This document shows, piece by piece, positions 12,596-25,853 of a stretch of 64,000 nt of DNA. The DNA comes from Eledone cirrhosa (taxonomy: Eukaryota). The position numbers were made by a program, and so were the translations under genes. A model generated the notes under the pieces. The model made no database searches. It was not told the DNA's origin and saw nothing but the letters and a program-made list of their open reading frames with translations. The DNA lies in the NCBI GenBank assembly GCA_964016885.1, contig OZ024743.1, forward strand, positions 261,950,001 through 262,014,000. The letters are read 5' to 3'. Within the stretch, counting starts at the first letter, position 1. Every line of letters starts with the position of its first letter.

Positions 12596-12690
12596 CACAA
12601 ACACACACACACATATATATATACACAAACACACACACACACATATATATATATACATATTTATATCTTTTTAGCAGAGCATTTTAATAT
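11500..12690 (-). mobile_element. Non-autonomous Helitron-like element with internal ~150-165-bp tandem repeats
   Basis: Minus-strand 3' end CTAG|T at 11500 with adjacent CAGC-gcctt-GCTG hairpin. About 4 tandem units at 11740-12310 contain GTGAATAGGCATCATATC...GAACCCTAATAGGGGG. The 5' boundary is approximate. Confidence 0.6.
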
Positions 12691-12847
12691 TGCCACTCAA
12701 TGAAAACCCTTTGTTTGTTTGGAATAAATGAATCTTGAAAATTAGGAGTGCCTGTCAGTGTGTATGTGTTTGTCTACTTAGCATCAATTTACTACCCTCC
12801 CCTACCACCAGAAAATGTATAAATACCACCATATTACATTGACAGTC

Positions 12848-12899
12848 GGCTTTTCTGATGATTTCCTCCGAATGAAACAGTTCTAGTCCTGTTGAAGCC
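12848..12899 (+). ncRNA. Type I hammerhead ribozyme motif
   Basis: ggctttt-CTGATGA-tttc(ctcc)gaat-GAAA-CAG(ttctagtc)CTGT-T-gaagcc. Confidence 0.6.
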
Positions 12900-12929
12900 A
12901 TTTCTATATTAAATATATATATACTCTTT

Positions 12930-13565
12930 CAGCTGTTCCAGCCATCCGGCTGAGACCATGATTGGGCACTGCCCTTGTTGCTACAGATTCTATCTCCAGC
13001 CTGTGTTGGCTGGCCATTCATGTAAGAGGGAGTTCGTTGCTGCTGCCCTTAGGTTATCTTCGTACCGTGATGTGGGCTTATCCAGGATCCTGTATAACAG
13101 GGTGTCGAGAAGTTTCTTGACAATATCCACGGCCACACCATGTAGATCTCTCAAATCCGTCGGCAGTTTGTTGAAGAGTTGAGGGCCTTTGAACCCCAGT
13201 CTATTGCAATATTTGCTTCTTGTTCTAGATGTGGAAGACGGGACCTTTGTCACCACACAGTGACGTCCTGTTCGGGGGTTGGTCCTGCTCTCAATACTAA
13301 AGTTTGGTGCTAGTCCCTCCAGGATTTTCCATATGTATATCACTGCATATCTCTCCCGTCTTCGTTCCAAGGAGTAGAGTTTCAGTTCTTTTAGCCTCTT
13401 CCAGTAGCTCATCTCCTTCATCGTGCAATCCTCTTGGTGTAGCTTCGTTGGATTGTCTCAAGTTCCGTGGTTAGTTTGATACTATGGGGTGACCACAGCT
13501 GGGAGCAATAATCCAGGCGGCTTAGGACAAATGGCCTTCATAGTATCAACATGGTCTCCTGATCT
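12930..13565 (-). mobile_element. CR1/L2-group LINE 3' fragment
   Basis: SYWKRLKELKLYSLERRRER...GPQLFNKLP matches the typical CR1-group ORF2 C-terminus. Confidence 0.8.
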
Positions 13566-13792
13566 CTTATATAGAAAACCTCAAATAAAAAGTCAAGATT
13601 TGTTTCGATTTAACAGAGCAGAAAGAATTCCAACCAATCCAGCCTATATCAGCTGAATAAATATGTATATGGAGATATATATATACACACTCACATGCAC
13701 ATATATATATATACACACACATATATATATATATATACACACACACATATATATACACACACACACACATACATACACGCATGCATGCATAC

Positions 13793-14845
13793 ATGATGGC
13801 TGCCCCCTCGTTATCGAGTATGGCCATTGCACAATCGTGCAATGCCTGTGCATGAAGATATTTTTTTAAATGAGGAAAGACTGTGCACTGAGCCAATCCC
13901 ACTCTCTGAGCGACAGTAGCTATAACTCGAAAAGAAGAAAATATCATCATCATCGGTAACTACTGAGCCGCAGGTTTTATATCGGAGTTATCCCAGTTTC
14001 CTGAGTTGCCTTCTCCTAGAAGAATGCCCTGATGAAGGCTAGGGGTCCTTCACTCCCAGTGGTTTAACCGCACGATCGGGTGTCCAGCCCGATTATTTCT
14101 ATGTCCCCGCGCATGTACATACATATGCACCCATGTCATCATCATCATCATCAACGTTTAACGTCCGTGTTCCACGCTTGCATGGGTTTGACGGGGGTTT
14201 TCCCACTTGAGGCAAGAGTGATTGTCTTGCTCGCATAGGACTGTCTGGCAGTTTTCTACAGCTGGATGCCCTACCTAACACCAACCACATTTACAGTGTG
14301 GGGCTGGGAGGTTTTTACCGTGTTGCCTACACGGCCACATTACAGCGTGGACTGTCTGGCGGGTTTTCTACAGCTGGATGCCCTTCCTAACACCAACCAC
14401 ATTTACAGTGTGGGGCTGGGAGGTTTTTACCGTGTTGCCTACACGGCCACATTACAGCGTGGACTGTGTGTTTTTCTGTCGTGACACCTACACGATCTCA
14501 TTTGTTTCGGCCTGGATGTTGTGGCACCAACATAACTTTACATTGAAAGGGGCGGTGTGGATGGGGTGGGGGTGGGGGTGGGACGGGGGTGTATGTATAT
14601 ACACATATACATATACATACATATGTACATGTGTATATACTATTTACACACTTTTGGATGGCCATTGACTTTTATGAGATCTTCCGCCCTTTGTCAGGTT
14701 TTGTTTTTTGTCCTGCAGGGTGTCCAAAATCACCCTCCTCACCAAGTAAACTTGGTGGGGTGGCCGGTTTAGTCACTGACGACCCGACCATGCGACAGGT
14801 TGTACTGGGTTACATGTTACCAATAGCACTCAAGAGTGACCCGAC
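13793..14845 (-). mobile_element. Bipartite non-autonomous RTE derivative with a nested RTE 3'UTR insertion (~14135-14590)
   Basis: Ends GGCCATACTCGATAACGAGGGGGCAGCCATC-(ATGT)n. Homologous copies at 21258-21492 (-) and 29105-29535 (+). Confidence 0.65.
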
Positions 14846-14849
14846 ATAC

Positions 14850-15560
14850 ATACATACATACATACTACATGATGGCTGCAAACTCGTGTTCAAGTATTGC
14901 CATCGCCCGATAAAATGTTCAAAAATGTGAAGCACAAATATGACTCTTTAAACCAGCCAAATACTTGCACCCTCTGGCACACACATGGCAACTTTAGGCT
15001 CCTCCGAAACCTTCCATTGCTTTGTTCTGGCTGTATGTTCATATGTATCTTTTAAGACCTCCCATGCTTGTACATTTCTTACACCTTTTCAGATCATGAT
15101 CTACATGAGGTCTACTGATATGACTTTGTTCATGTCTAATCAAACCAGCTTTGCTCAGGCTGACTCGACCACAGTGCTGGCAAACCAGATGATGTTCAAC
15201 AGCAGGCAGTTCAGAACAGTCTCAATCCTCACCTTCCTTTTCAGTGTTAGGTGTTCTCTCCGACGAGTTTCAAAGTGTTCACCACCTGACTTGATCAAAC
15301 GTCTCCACTTCACACGCTCGTCAGCCATTTTCTCCCATTCGTCAGATGAAATTCCAGCACAAGCCAAGGTGCCCCTGATACAGTCTCGGTACTGCCTTTT
15401 TGGTTTATGTGGTGGTCGCCTTCCTTCACACAGTTCTCCATAGAGAAGTTGCTTTGGAATACGATCATCAGACATCCGGACCACGAGACTGCACCACCTC
15501 AACCGATACCGAAAGATTATGCTCTCTATAGTCATGCACCTGCTCCATTCTAGAATGGAC
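14850..15560 (-). mobile_element. Decayed 3' end of the C2H2-finger RTE family
   Basis: ORF 15155-15535 reads RLRWC...DRIPKQLLYGEL...PHKPK. Ends GCAGCCATC-(ATGT)n. Confidence 0.85.
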
Positions 15561-15649
15561 TGACAGCTAATAGCGTTGTAGTGCCAGTTAAGTTTCTCTT
15601 TCTACAAGCCTAGTTGTTATTGTTTAGCTTAAGGTCAGCTTTCATTGAG

Positions 15650-16042
15650 TGGTTTGGTAGAATCGTTAGTGTCGAAAAATGATTTAAAGAATTTCTTCAA
15701 GCTCCCTACGTTCGGAGTTCAACTCCCAGAAGGTCAATGTTACCTTTTATTGTTACTGGGTAGATAAAATAAAATACCAGCCAAGTACAGGCGTTGACAT
15801 AATAAACTTTTCCCTCTCCTAACTGGTGGCCTTGTGCCTAAACGAGAAAACATCATTGGATTGGCAGTATTGGTAGAGGGTCGGACGCCATGCTTTGACG
15901 CATAGTTACGGCCCTTGCCATTCTGAGTTCAAATCCCGCCGAGGTTAACTTTGCCTTTCATCCTTACGGGGTCGATAAAATAAAGTACCAGTAATACACT
16001 TGGTAAATTCTGGCCTTGTGCCAAAAGTAGAAACAATTATTA
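15650..16042 (+). mobile_element. Two tandem Meta-type SINE copies
   Basis: Each has GAGTTCAA(A/C)TCCC followed by a CCTTT...GATAAAATAAA..ACCAG...TGGCCTTGTGCC block. Confidence 0.7.
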
Positions 16043-16055
16043 TAAAGAAACTCTC

Positions 16056-16448
16056 ATCATTATCATCATCATCATCATCGTTTAACGTCCATCTTCCACG
16101 CTTGCATGGGTTTGGACGGGAATTTTCCCGCTTGAGGCAAGATTGGTTGTCTTGCTCGTATAGGACTGTCTGGCGGGTTTTCTATGGCTGGATGTCCTTC
16201 CTAACACCAACCACGTTTACAGTGTGGACTGGGAGGTTTTTACCGTGTTACCTACACGGCCACATTACAGCGTGGACTGTGTGTTTTTTTTGTTGTGACA
16301 CCTACACGACCTCATTTATTTCGGACTGGATGTTGTGGTACCAACATAACTTTACATTGAAAGGGGTGGTGTGGATGGGGTGAGGGTAGTAGGACGGGGG
16401 TGTATTTTTGTTAGAGGTGCCTACTGACTGTAGGTTTCGCTTTGTACT

Positions 16449-16450
<2 letters not shown>
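16056..16450 (-). mobile_element. RTE 3'UTR fragment with (GAT)n tail
   Basis: Matches the 3' UTR at 51411-51800. Similar fragments at 20995-21258 (+), 30680-30890 (-), 37324-37720 (-) and 49150-49500 (-). Confidence 0.85.
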
Positions 16451-16482
<32 letters not shown>

Positions 16483-17529
16483 ATGCACCACAATAAAATG
16501 AACCCAGCTCATTCTGTTAAGTGGTAGTACTGGTGCCATGATAAAATGCTTCCAGAAGACACAGTAAAGTAATTGGCATTAAGAAGGGCATCCAGTCTTA
16601 GAAACCAAGAGAAAAACGGAACGTATGAGAAAGACATGGTCACCTGATCAGTCTATCCTCAGTACAGGACAACCCATCTAACCCATGGAAGAATGGAAAA
16701 TAGATGTTGAACAGTGATGATGATTATGGTGATGATGATGATATATCATTTTTAACAATCATAAAGCTACATCAGTGAGTCAAAAACAAAACCCTACAAT
16801 GATAAGAGAAAGGTCGTCCTTCCTCACAAAACTCGGCTGCGTTTACTCAGCACCACAACTTTTGCAAGACCATTATCAAAACAGCAAAGGATGCCTCTCA
16901 AGCTCTTCAGCTTTCTCAAAACTGCAATCATTTATTCTGGTTCCTTGTTAAAAGGATCGCCATTTTAATAATAGTACTCTACATCAGGTATTATAACTTT
17001 TTTGTTTGTTATGAACATACACACGCAAAAAGCTCATTCACACACAAATCACAGACACATACACACACAAATTACATTCACACACACATTCACATGCACA
17101 TTCATGCATACACACACAAACACATACAAACATGCACACACTCACATACAAGCACACACACACACAGATGCATACATATATGCACACACATTACATAATC
17201 CGTCTTTCCTCAATCATGATGACTCTATGAGCAGTTCTCGCATGGAAAAAAAACTTTCATTTTCGCTGCCCATTCTGCATCCTTGGTAAATTTCCTCCAA
17301 ATCTAATCCCTTGCCACCAACCAGATTTCTTACATGCATATTGTCAGAATGACCTTTCATATTCTTTTCCCTCAGAATTACATTATAGATACATGTGAAC
17401 AATCTCTAGTGCCTATCACCCTCACATTCTTCTGTGACCCTAGAGCCCTTGCCCTTCCCTTCATTTTCTGTTTTTAAATATCTATAGTTTTGTTGTTATT
17501 TAAAATAGATTTGTTTATGATTTAAACAT

Positions 17530-17853
17530 GGCACATGGCTTAGTGGTTAGAGCATTGGCCTTGCATTCGAAAGGTTGTGAGTTCAATGTGTTGTTTCCTT
17601 GAGCAAGACACTTTATTTCACATTGCTCCAGTTTACTCAGCTGTAGAAATGAGATGATAGGACTAGGGTCCATATCATTCCACTGCAAAGTGGTCGTGGA
17701 GGTGCCACGGCAAAAAAGCACCCATCACTCACTGTAAATGAGGTTGGTGTTAGGAAGGGCATCCAGCTGTAGAAATCAAGCCAGAATCAGTTCCCGTCCC
17801 ACCCTTGCAAGCAAGGAAAAAGCGGACGTAAAATGAAATGATGATGAATGATG
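17530..17853 (+). mobile_element. tRNA-derived SINE with RTE tail
   Basis: Head, core and tail as in the 9767 copy. Ends GGACGTAAAATGAAATGATGATG. Confidence 0.85.
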
Positions 17854-19834
17854 AAAACATAATTACTTTAAAGTTTGCTAAGATATCATCTCAGTATAAA
17901 AAGGAGCAAATATTACTTGAACAAAAGAAACATTCATCTGTCTTAACCCTTCCATTACAATATTTCTAATATGCAAACATGGTAAAAAAAGATGTTAAAT
18001 TATGATGGTGGTGGTGATAGTGATGATGATGATGATTTTTAATGACATATAACTGTATTTGAATTAATGAAAAATTTGGAGGGATTTACTCTTTCACATC
18101 CTTCTTCCAGAGAATTACATTACAGATACATGTGTCTGTGGAATACTCAACCACTTGCATGTTGACTTCATGAGCAGAGTGGACCATTGATCAAACTACT
18201 GAGACACTCATCAGTGAAACTAACAGAGATCTAAGCCAACAGCTGCAGCCTGGTATTTATTGATTGCTATAAAAATTTAATCACAGTCAAAATATCAGGT
18301 AGATTAATACAAGTAAATCACCTGACTGTATGTTTGTATATTTTAAAATCAACCACAGGTGATCAAAGTTGAAATATATTCTGTAAATATATGTCTGTAT
18401 GTGTGTATGTGCATGTTTGTGTGTGTTTTTATGTGTGTGTGTGTGTATGTTTATGTGTGTATTTGTGTGGTGTGAGTGTGAGGTGTGTGTTTATAATGAA
18501 CAAAAAAGTACTCAATACCTGTTATAGAGTACTATTACTCAGGATGACTCCATCTCATCCTGTGTGTGCATGTATGTGTATTTGTGTGTGTGTATGTGTA
18601 TGTGTATTTGTGTATGAGTGTGTGTGTGTGTGTGTGTGTTTATAATGAACAAAAAAGTACTCAATACCTGATATAGAGTACTAATACTCAGGATGGTCCC
18701 ATCTCATCCTAGTGTGGAGAACCAAGGGTTGTTCTGATACTGGAGCTTTTGGTATCGTTAATACAGTGGAAAGGAATGATAAATCCTCAGACAACTGGAG
18801 CAACATGAAATAAAGCATCTTGCTTAAGGACACAACATAATGTCTGGTGTAGGCAGGAATCAAACTCAAGACCTTATGAAAAACCTAACCACTAAGCCAC
18901 ATACCCCCATTTGATCAGCTGAAACTTTCTACCATTACTTTAGGTTTCATGAACATTTGATCAATCAAATGTTCATGATGGTATACAATGAAAAATGTAC
19001 TTTAATCTAAGATGGAGTTGGAGCCTCATTGTTTCATTGATTAACACAGATAACATGAATCACACTTTTTCATATCTACAACACCATCTTGTTACACTTT
19101 GAGGTTTATGTGTCTGTGTGATTTGTTCTCCATCAACATAATCGTTTCTGATTTAGGCACAAGGCCAACAATTTTGGGGAGGAGGGGAAAATCGATTAAA
19201 TCGATCCCACTGTGTTACTGGTACTTTAATTCATCAACCCTAAAAGGATGAAAGGTAAGGCTAACTTCGGCAGGATTTGAACTCAGAATGTAAAGGGATG
19301 TAGCTATATGTCACAAAGCTTGTTGTCCAACACTTTACAGATACTGCCAATCCACTGCCCTTTTTATGCTTATAATGAATACATATCATTTGGCACTAAC
19401 TAGAAAGTTGAATAAGCTCTGAATATTTGTTAAACCAATGTGGAGAGGTTTACTACCTGTCATAAAATCTTGGACAGCAAGACTTAGGAGGTGCCCAGAA
19501 CAATGGGCATATATAGAAAGTGGAGAAAACTCATTATTCTTTTTACTAAACTTCTAGACACTGCTCATATTTGTTGTGCCATTAAAACATTGTCCAATAA
19601 TTTTGAAGATTTAGCTTCAGCATCCCAAGTATATTTTTGACTAATTCATATAGAATCTGATTACAAATATCCCTTGATTTTTTCCTTCAGTGATGAATCT
19701 GAGGCAAATTGTGACTTGCTTATTGCTACTGATGTCTCATGTTTCATCAACATTCTTGTATTCAACTAATAAATTACTTGATAATTATGTTATAAGTACA
19801 CATGTCTGTGGAATACTCAGCCACTTGCATATCA

Positions 19835-20940
19835 GACCACTGCAAAGACATTGAAGCTGGAATAAAAAAGGGCAACAGCAAGGCTACTTATGAAACCCTC
19901 AAAATGCTAATAAAAAGAAAGCAACACACCACCACTGCCATTGAGGACAAAACTGGCTAGCTCCTCACAGACGAGACTAATGTCATCAAAAGATGGCCTG
20001 ATTATTGCAAAGACCTTTATAACAACACACTCAAACATGACATCAATATCCTGGACAATTGCACTAATAAGAACAAAGAAATTGGAGATACTCCAATTCT
20101 GCAGGAGGAAGTCTAAGAGGTGGTGTACATGCTCAAAGATGGTAAATCATCAGAACTCCTAAAACATGGAAGGCCAAAATTTATCAAGGTACTGACAGTT
20201 TCCTGTCAGAAGGTATGGGAAACAAAGAAGTGGTCAAAGGAATGAACCCAATCACTGATGATACCCATTCCCAAAAAAGGAAACTTCAAACTGCCAGAAC
20301 TATAGAACAACTAGCCTAATTACCCCCCCCCCCCCCCCCCCCCCGCCCTCCTCCTCCAGCAAAGTACTGCTAAGAGTTCTTCTAAATGGACTTAAGGGAA
20401 AGGCAGAAGAAATCCTGGCAGAATAACAGGCAGGATTCAGGCCTAAAGAAATACAGCAGAGCAGATATCTGAGACTGCTAACTGAGAAACACCTGCAGTA
20501 CCAATCTGACCTCTACCATAAGTTCATCGACTTTAAAAAAGCCTTTGATTGTGTTTAACATGAGGGTTTGTGAAAGATGATGAAGGATTACAACTTTGAC
20601 ATTAACCTCATTCAAGTAATTAAAGCACTGTATGACAACTCACACGGTGCTGGTCTCCTGAATAACAACATCAGAGAATTTTTTAGGACAACAGTGGGAC
20701 TTTGACAAAGATGTCTCCTTTCTGTAGTGCTTTTCAACATCTTCCAAGAAAACCTCATTCAAGAGACTTCTACGTTTCCATTGGAGGATGTCTCTTTTCC
20801 AATCTGTGATTTGCTGATGGCAATGACCTGTTAGGAAGCAGTGAAACAGAACTCCAGGAACTCATTACCAGATTGGAAAAAGTATCAGGAGCATATGGAA
20901 TGGAGATCAGTTGAGAAAAGTGAAATATTCTGGTTAATAG
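19835..20940 (+). mobile_element. Old RTE/BovB-like reverse transcriptase relic
   Basis: Broken motifs PIPKKGN..CQNYR, QAGFRP, FIDFKKAFD and FAD, with many stops and frameshifts. Confidence 0.8.
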
Positions 20941-20954
20941 TCATAATCAGTCAT

Positions 20955-20985
<31 letters not shown>

Positions 20986-22599
20986 AACTAATGAGGTCGT
21001 GTAGGTGTCACAACAAAAAAAGCACACAGTCCATGGTGTAATGTGGCCGTGTAGGTAACACGGTAAAAAGCTCCCAGTCCACACTGTAAATGTGGTTGGT
21101 GTTTAGGAAGGGCATCCAGCCATAGAAAACCTGCCAGACAGTCCTATACGAGCGAGACACGGTCACCCTACCAATCTTGCCTCGAGTGGGACAATTCCCG
21201 TCTAACACATGTTAGCGCGGAAAATAGACGTTAAACGATGATGATGATGATGATGATGATGGCTTCCCCCTCGTTATCGAGTATGGCCATTATTAATAAT
21301 TATTAATTAATTCTATTGTGCAATGCCTGTGCGTGAAGATATTTTTTAAAGTGAGGAAAGACTGTGCACTGAACCAATCCCACTCTCTGCGCGACAGTAG
21401 CTATAACCCGAAAAGAAGAAAAGATCAACATCACCGGTAACTACTGAGTCGCAGGTTTTATATCGGAGTTATCCCAGTTTCCTGAGTTGCCATATATAAT
21501 AAATTATATATTATTAAGTGACCCCTTAGATTTAATAATAGCCGCAGTTTTAATTTATTTTAATTTTAATTTAATTTAGTTTAATTTGATCAAATTTCAG
21601 AAATAACTTCAACTAAACACTTGTTTTTTCTGACTATTTTTTTTAACCTCTCTCATAAATTATAGCACCATGGAGGCAACCTAGAATATGTAATTTGCTA
21701 CCTATATGTCTATCTTCATATCATTTTCGTCGATATGTGGGTGTTGGTAAGGTGTGTTTGTCCATTGACTTGTAACATATGGTCCTTTGAGTAACGCACT
21801 GTTCAGACTAACTTTGGTCTATGACCTAGTGTGCTTGAAATTGACTAATTAATTAATCAATTTGCCCCTTCCTTTACTTTTGAATATACTTGGTCAATTG
21901 TAACCTATTTACTTTGGACTTCACAATGATACACTGGACTATCGACTGGTCTAAAATAAACTACACCAATTTTAGCCCTCAACACAAGTGCACATATATA
22001 CGCATGATATAGCTTGACAACCCTTTAATATACTTTCATTAATTCGGACCATTGGAGATAAAATTAACTGCCTTTACTTTATTTAACAAGTTATAGTAAA
22101 CGTTATTGTTTTGATAATTCTTATTATTAATACATCCTTACAACCTTATAAATGTTAGTACCTTGTTTCAACCCCTATTCTTTGCTAGGCAATATTATTT
22201 CTATCTCTAAACTTACATAGTTATGTTCCTCTTTAAGTACTCTAACAGTAGACTGACTTGTCTGAAAGATGACCGATATATTAATATCTTTAGATCTCTG
22301 TGACAATGTAGCCACAATTATAATTAAAGAGTGACAGCCTCTAACCCCTCCACCACATCTACCAGCTCAAAAAGTTGGCATCGAGTGTCATTTGGGGACC
22401 ATCTGATACCGATATAACACCATATTTGCAGGCAGGCCCCGAATCAAATTTTCACTTTTCAATTTTCTTTTCAAATATCTTCATTATATGTTTGGGTTCA
22501 ACGTAATCCTGTTACATAATTCTGAAGATGACACCTGATGAGATCACCCTGTCTTGCATCATAATCGGATGATCGTGCTGGATCATTGAAATATATATA

Positions 22600-23040
22600 G
22601 GCCCATGGCTTAGTGGTTAGAGCGTTGGGCTTGCAATCGAAAAGTTGTGAGTTCAAATCTCGGACTGGGTGATGTGTTGTTTCCTTGAGCAAGACACTTT
22701 ATTTCACATTGCTCCAGCTTACTCAGCTGTAGAAATGAGATGATAGGACTGGAGTCCCTATCATTCCACTGCAAAGTGGTCGTGGAGGTGCCACGGCAAA
22801 AAAGCACCCAGCCCACACTGTAAAGTGGACGTGTAGGCACCACAGAAAAAAAAGCACCCAGTCCACACTGTAAATAAGGTTGGTGTTAGGAAGGGCATCC
22901 AGCCGTAGAAAACCTGCCAGATAGTCCTGTACAAGCGAGACACGGTCACCCAACCAATCTTGCTTCAAGTGGGACAATTCCCATCTAACCCATGCTAGCG
23001 TGGAAGATAGACGTTAAACGGTGATGATGATGATGATGAT
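22600..23040 (+). mobile_element. Full-length tRNA-derived SINE with RTE tail
   Basis: A and B boxes, CORE-like block, RTE 3'UTR and (GAT)n tail. Confidence 0.88.
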
Positions 23041-23419
23041 ACTTTACTCCATTCCTGCACCAACTACTAGATACCACATCTACGATGGATGACTTGTATA
23101 ATGTTGAGTGCTTCAATTAATTTGTTGCATCAATGTTTACCAACCAGAACCACCAGTTCTATCCATTGGTAAACAACCTAACATAAAAGATATATATATA
23201 AGTGTGTGTGTATGTATATATATGCATGTGTATGTATATATGTATGTACATATGCATGCATGTGTATGTATATATGTATGTATGCATGCATGTGTATGTA
23301 TATATGTATGTATGAATGTGCATGTATGTATGTATTTATGCATGTGTATGTATGTATACATGCATGTGCATGTATATATGTATATATGTATGCATGTATG
23401 TATGTATGCATGCATGCTC

Positions 23420-23872
23420 TTAAGAGCCAATGGCCATACAAAATCACCGGGAGAGATGACCCCTTAGCCTTTGTCAAGGCAGAATTCTAGGAGAAGGAAA
23501 ACTCTGATATAACACCTGCAACCCTGATGGTATCCAATGATGTTGACTTGTTCTTCTTTTTGGTAAATATCATCTTGGTTAAGAGAGTGGGACTGGCTTT
23601 GTGCACTGCCTTTGCTCACTATAAAAGCTTCACAGCACAGGCATTGCTTTATATCTGGAGATCTCTCTGCACTTGTCGTCACATGGTACCATGGGCCCAG
23701 CACTGTGTCAATAATTGTCACAAGTGTAGTGTTTGTACCAGAGTTTTCAAGTCGCTGGCTGGACTAAAGTCACATTCGTTCAGCGCATCTGTAGGGGTTC
23801 TCCTACATGGATATAAAGTAGTGGCCGTACTCGAAAACGAGTTGGTAGCCACCATGTGTATGTATGTATGTA
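23420..23872 (+). mobile_element. Internally deleted RTE derivative (5'-UTR-like part fused to the last C2H2 finger and tail)
   Basis: CTAGGAGAAGGAAAACTCTGATAT block shared with the 13793/29105 elements, then CSVCTRVFKSLAGLKSH coding sequence, then GGCCGTACTCGAAAACGAG...GCCACC(ATGT)n. Confidence 0.65.
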
Positions 23873-25804
23873 TGTACAAGGGAAAGGGTAACAGGAATGA
23901 TTGTGGGAACTACAGAGGTATATCATTGCTTTCTGTCGTAGGGAAAGTTTTATGTGGGGTGCTTCTGGACCGTCTGCTGACACACATTGCAGATTGTGTT
24001 CTTCCTGAAAGTCAATCTGGTTTTCGTGCTGGACGCGGCACTACTGATATGATCTTCTCAGCTAGACAACTCCAGGAGAAGTGCATGGAACAAAGTTTGG
24101 ATCTGTATCAGGATTTTGTCGATCTGACAAAAGCTTTCGATACTGTTAACAGAAATGCATTATGGAAGGTTCTCCAGAGACTTGGTTGCCCTGATAAGTT
24201 CCTTGCTTTAGTTAGGTCTTTCCATGATGACATGAAGGCTTGGGTTAATGTCGGAGGTAACATGTCGGAGCCTATCTCAGTAAAAAAATGGAGTGAAACA
24301 GGGGGATATTCCAGCACCGACCCTGTTTGCCATATACTTTGCAATGGTTTTCTGTATTGCATTCAGGAATTGCGAGCATGGTGTTTACATCCGATATCGA
24401 ACCTCAGGCAGCATATTTAACATCAGGCGCTTTGCTGTAAAGACAAAAGTATTTACATCAATCATAAGAGACCTCTTGTATGCAGATGATTGCGATCTTG
24501 TAGCGCACACAGAGAGTGATATGCAGCACATTTTGAATGCATTTTCTGACGCTTGCACTGCTCTAGGATTGACTGTCAGTCTCAAGAAAACCGTCGTCAT
24601 GTACCAACCTGCCCCTGGTAAGCAGTACAGTGAACCAAATATTTATGTGTATGGTAAACGACTTGGAGTGGTTGATCAGTTTGTCTACCTGGGGAGCACT
24701 GTCAATCGATACAGCAACCTTGATAGTGAAATCTCACTTAGGATTAGGAAAGCAAGTGATGCTTTCGTAAGCTAGAAAGGTGACTCTGGGGTCGGCGAGA
24801 CATATGCAAGAAGACAAAAGTAAAGGTGTACAAGGCATGTGTGATCTCTTCTCTTCTTTATGCCTGCAAGACCTGGGTCACATATCGACACCACCTTAAG
24901 CAATTGGAGCGTTTCCATCAGATGTGTCTCAGACGGATCCATGGCGTTCACTGGAGGGACCACATCAGTGATATCGAGATTTTGGAAAGCTCTATGTGTG
25001 ACAGTATAGAAGCTCTTGTGCTTAAGCAACGACTCCGTTGGAGTGGTCACCTTGCCAGGATGAAGGATTCTAGAATACCAAAACAACTCTTTGATGGAGA
25101 GTTAGTTAAAGGAAAACAACTGCCACATAAACCAAAAAAGAGGTATAAGGATTCCTTGAAAGCCTCTTTGAAAAACGCTAACATCTCTGCTGATACATGG
25201 GAAAATATTGCTGCTGATCGTAATAAATGGAGACAGACTGTATATGAGGGAAAAGTTGCCTTTGAGGCATCTCGAATCGCATACAAGAAAGTAAAGCGGG
25301 ATGTGAGGAAGGGCATTGCTGTTGCACTTCCAGACAGAGAGCGTCCTCTTATGGTGCTGACATGCAGTGTCTGTGCGAGACACTGCCTAAGCAAAGTTGG
25401 ACTCGAAAGTCATCTTCGCAGTCATAAAGTAAGACCAGTGGTTGACTACCAGGCTGCTGTTGGAGATGCTACTCATCATGCTTGCCAAGCATGTGGTAGA
25501 GAATGTAAATCAGCAGGAGGGCTCAAGCGACATGCAAAAGTACATGAACTCCAACCACAGCCGGCTATTCCCAGTGAATGTTTTGGTTGCCGACGCTGTG
25601 CAAAACATGTTAGATCATTGGCTGGGCTAAAAAGCCACATTCGATCGCAGCGCTGTTAGTTGCTATCGTGTGTGTGTGTATAGATATGTTTCTGTGTGTG
25701 CGTGTGTGTGTATATATATATATGTATATGTATATTATTATTGTTTTATTGTTGTTGTTGTCGTTATCATTATTGTTGTTATTATTATTATTATTATTGT
25801 TATT

Positions 25805-25853
<49 letters not shown>

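Noticed and set aside
14760-14845. HDV-like or twister ribozyme at the 5' end of the bipartite RTE element (GGTCACT/AGTGACT pairing on the minus strand)
   Set aside because: A 7-bp helix with a G-U start exists, but I could not find the P1.1/L3 or twister core motifs.
23527-24420. 297-aa ORF as a single gene
   Set aside because: Chance read-through from a bipartite element across its (ATGT)n tail into a truncated LINE.
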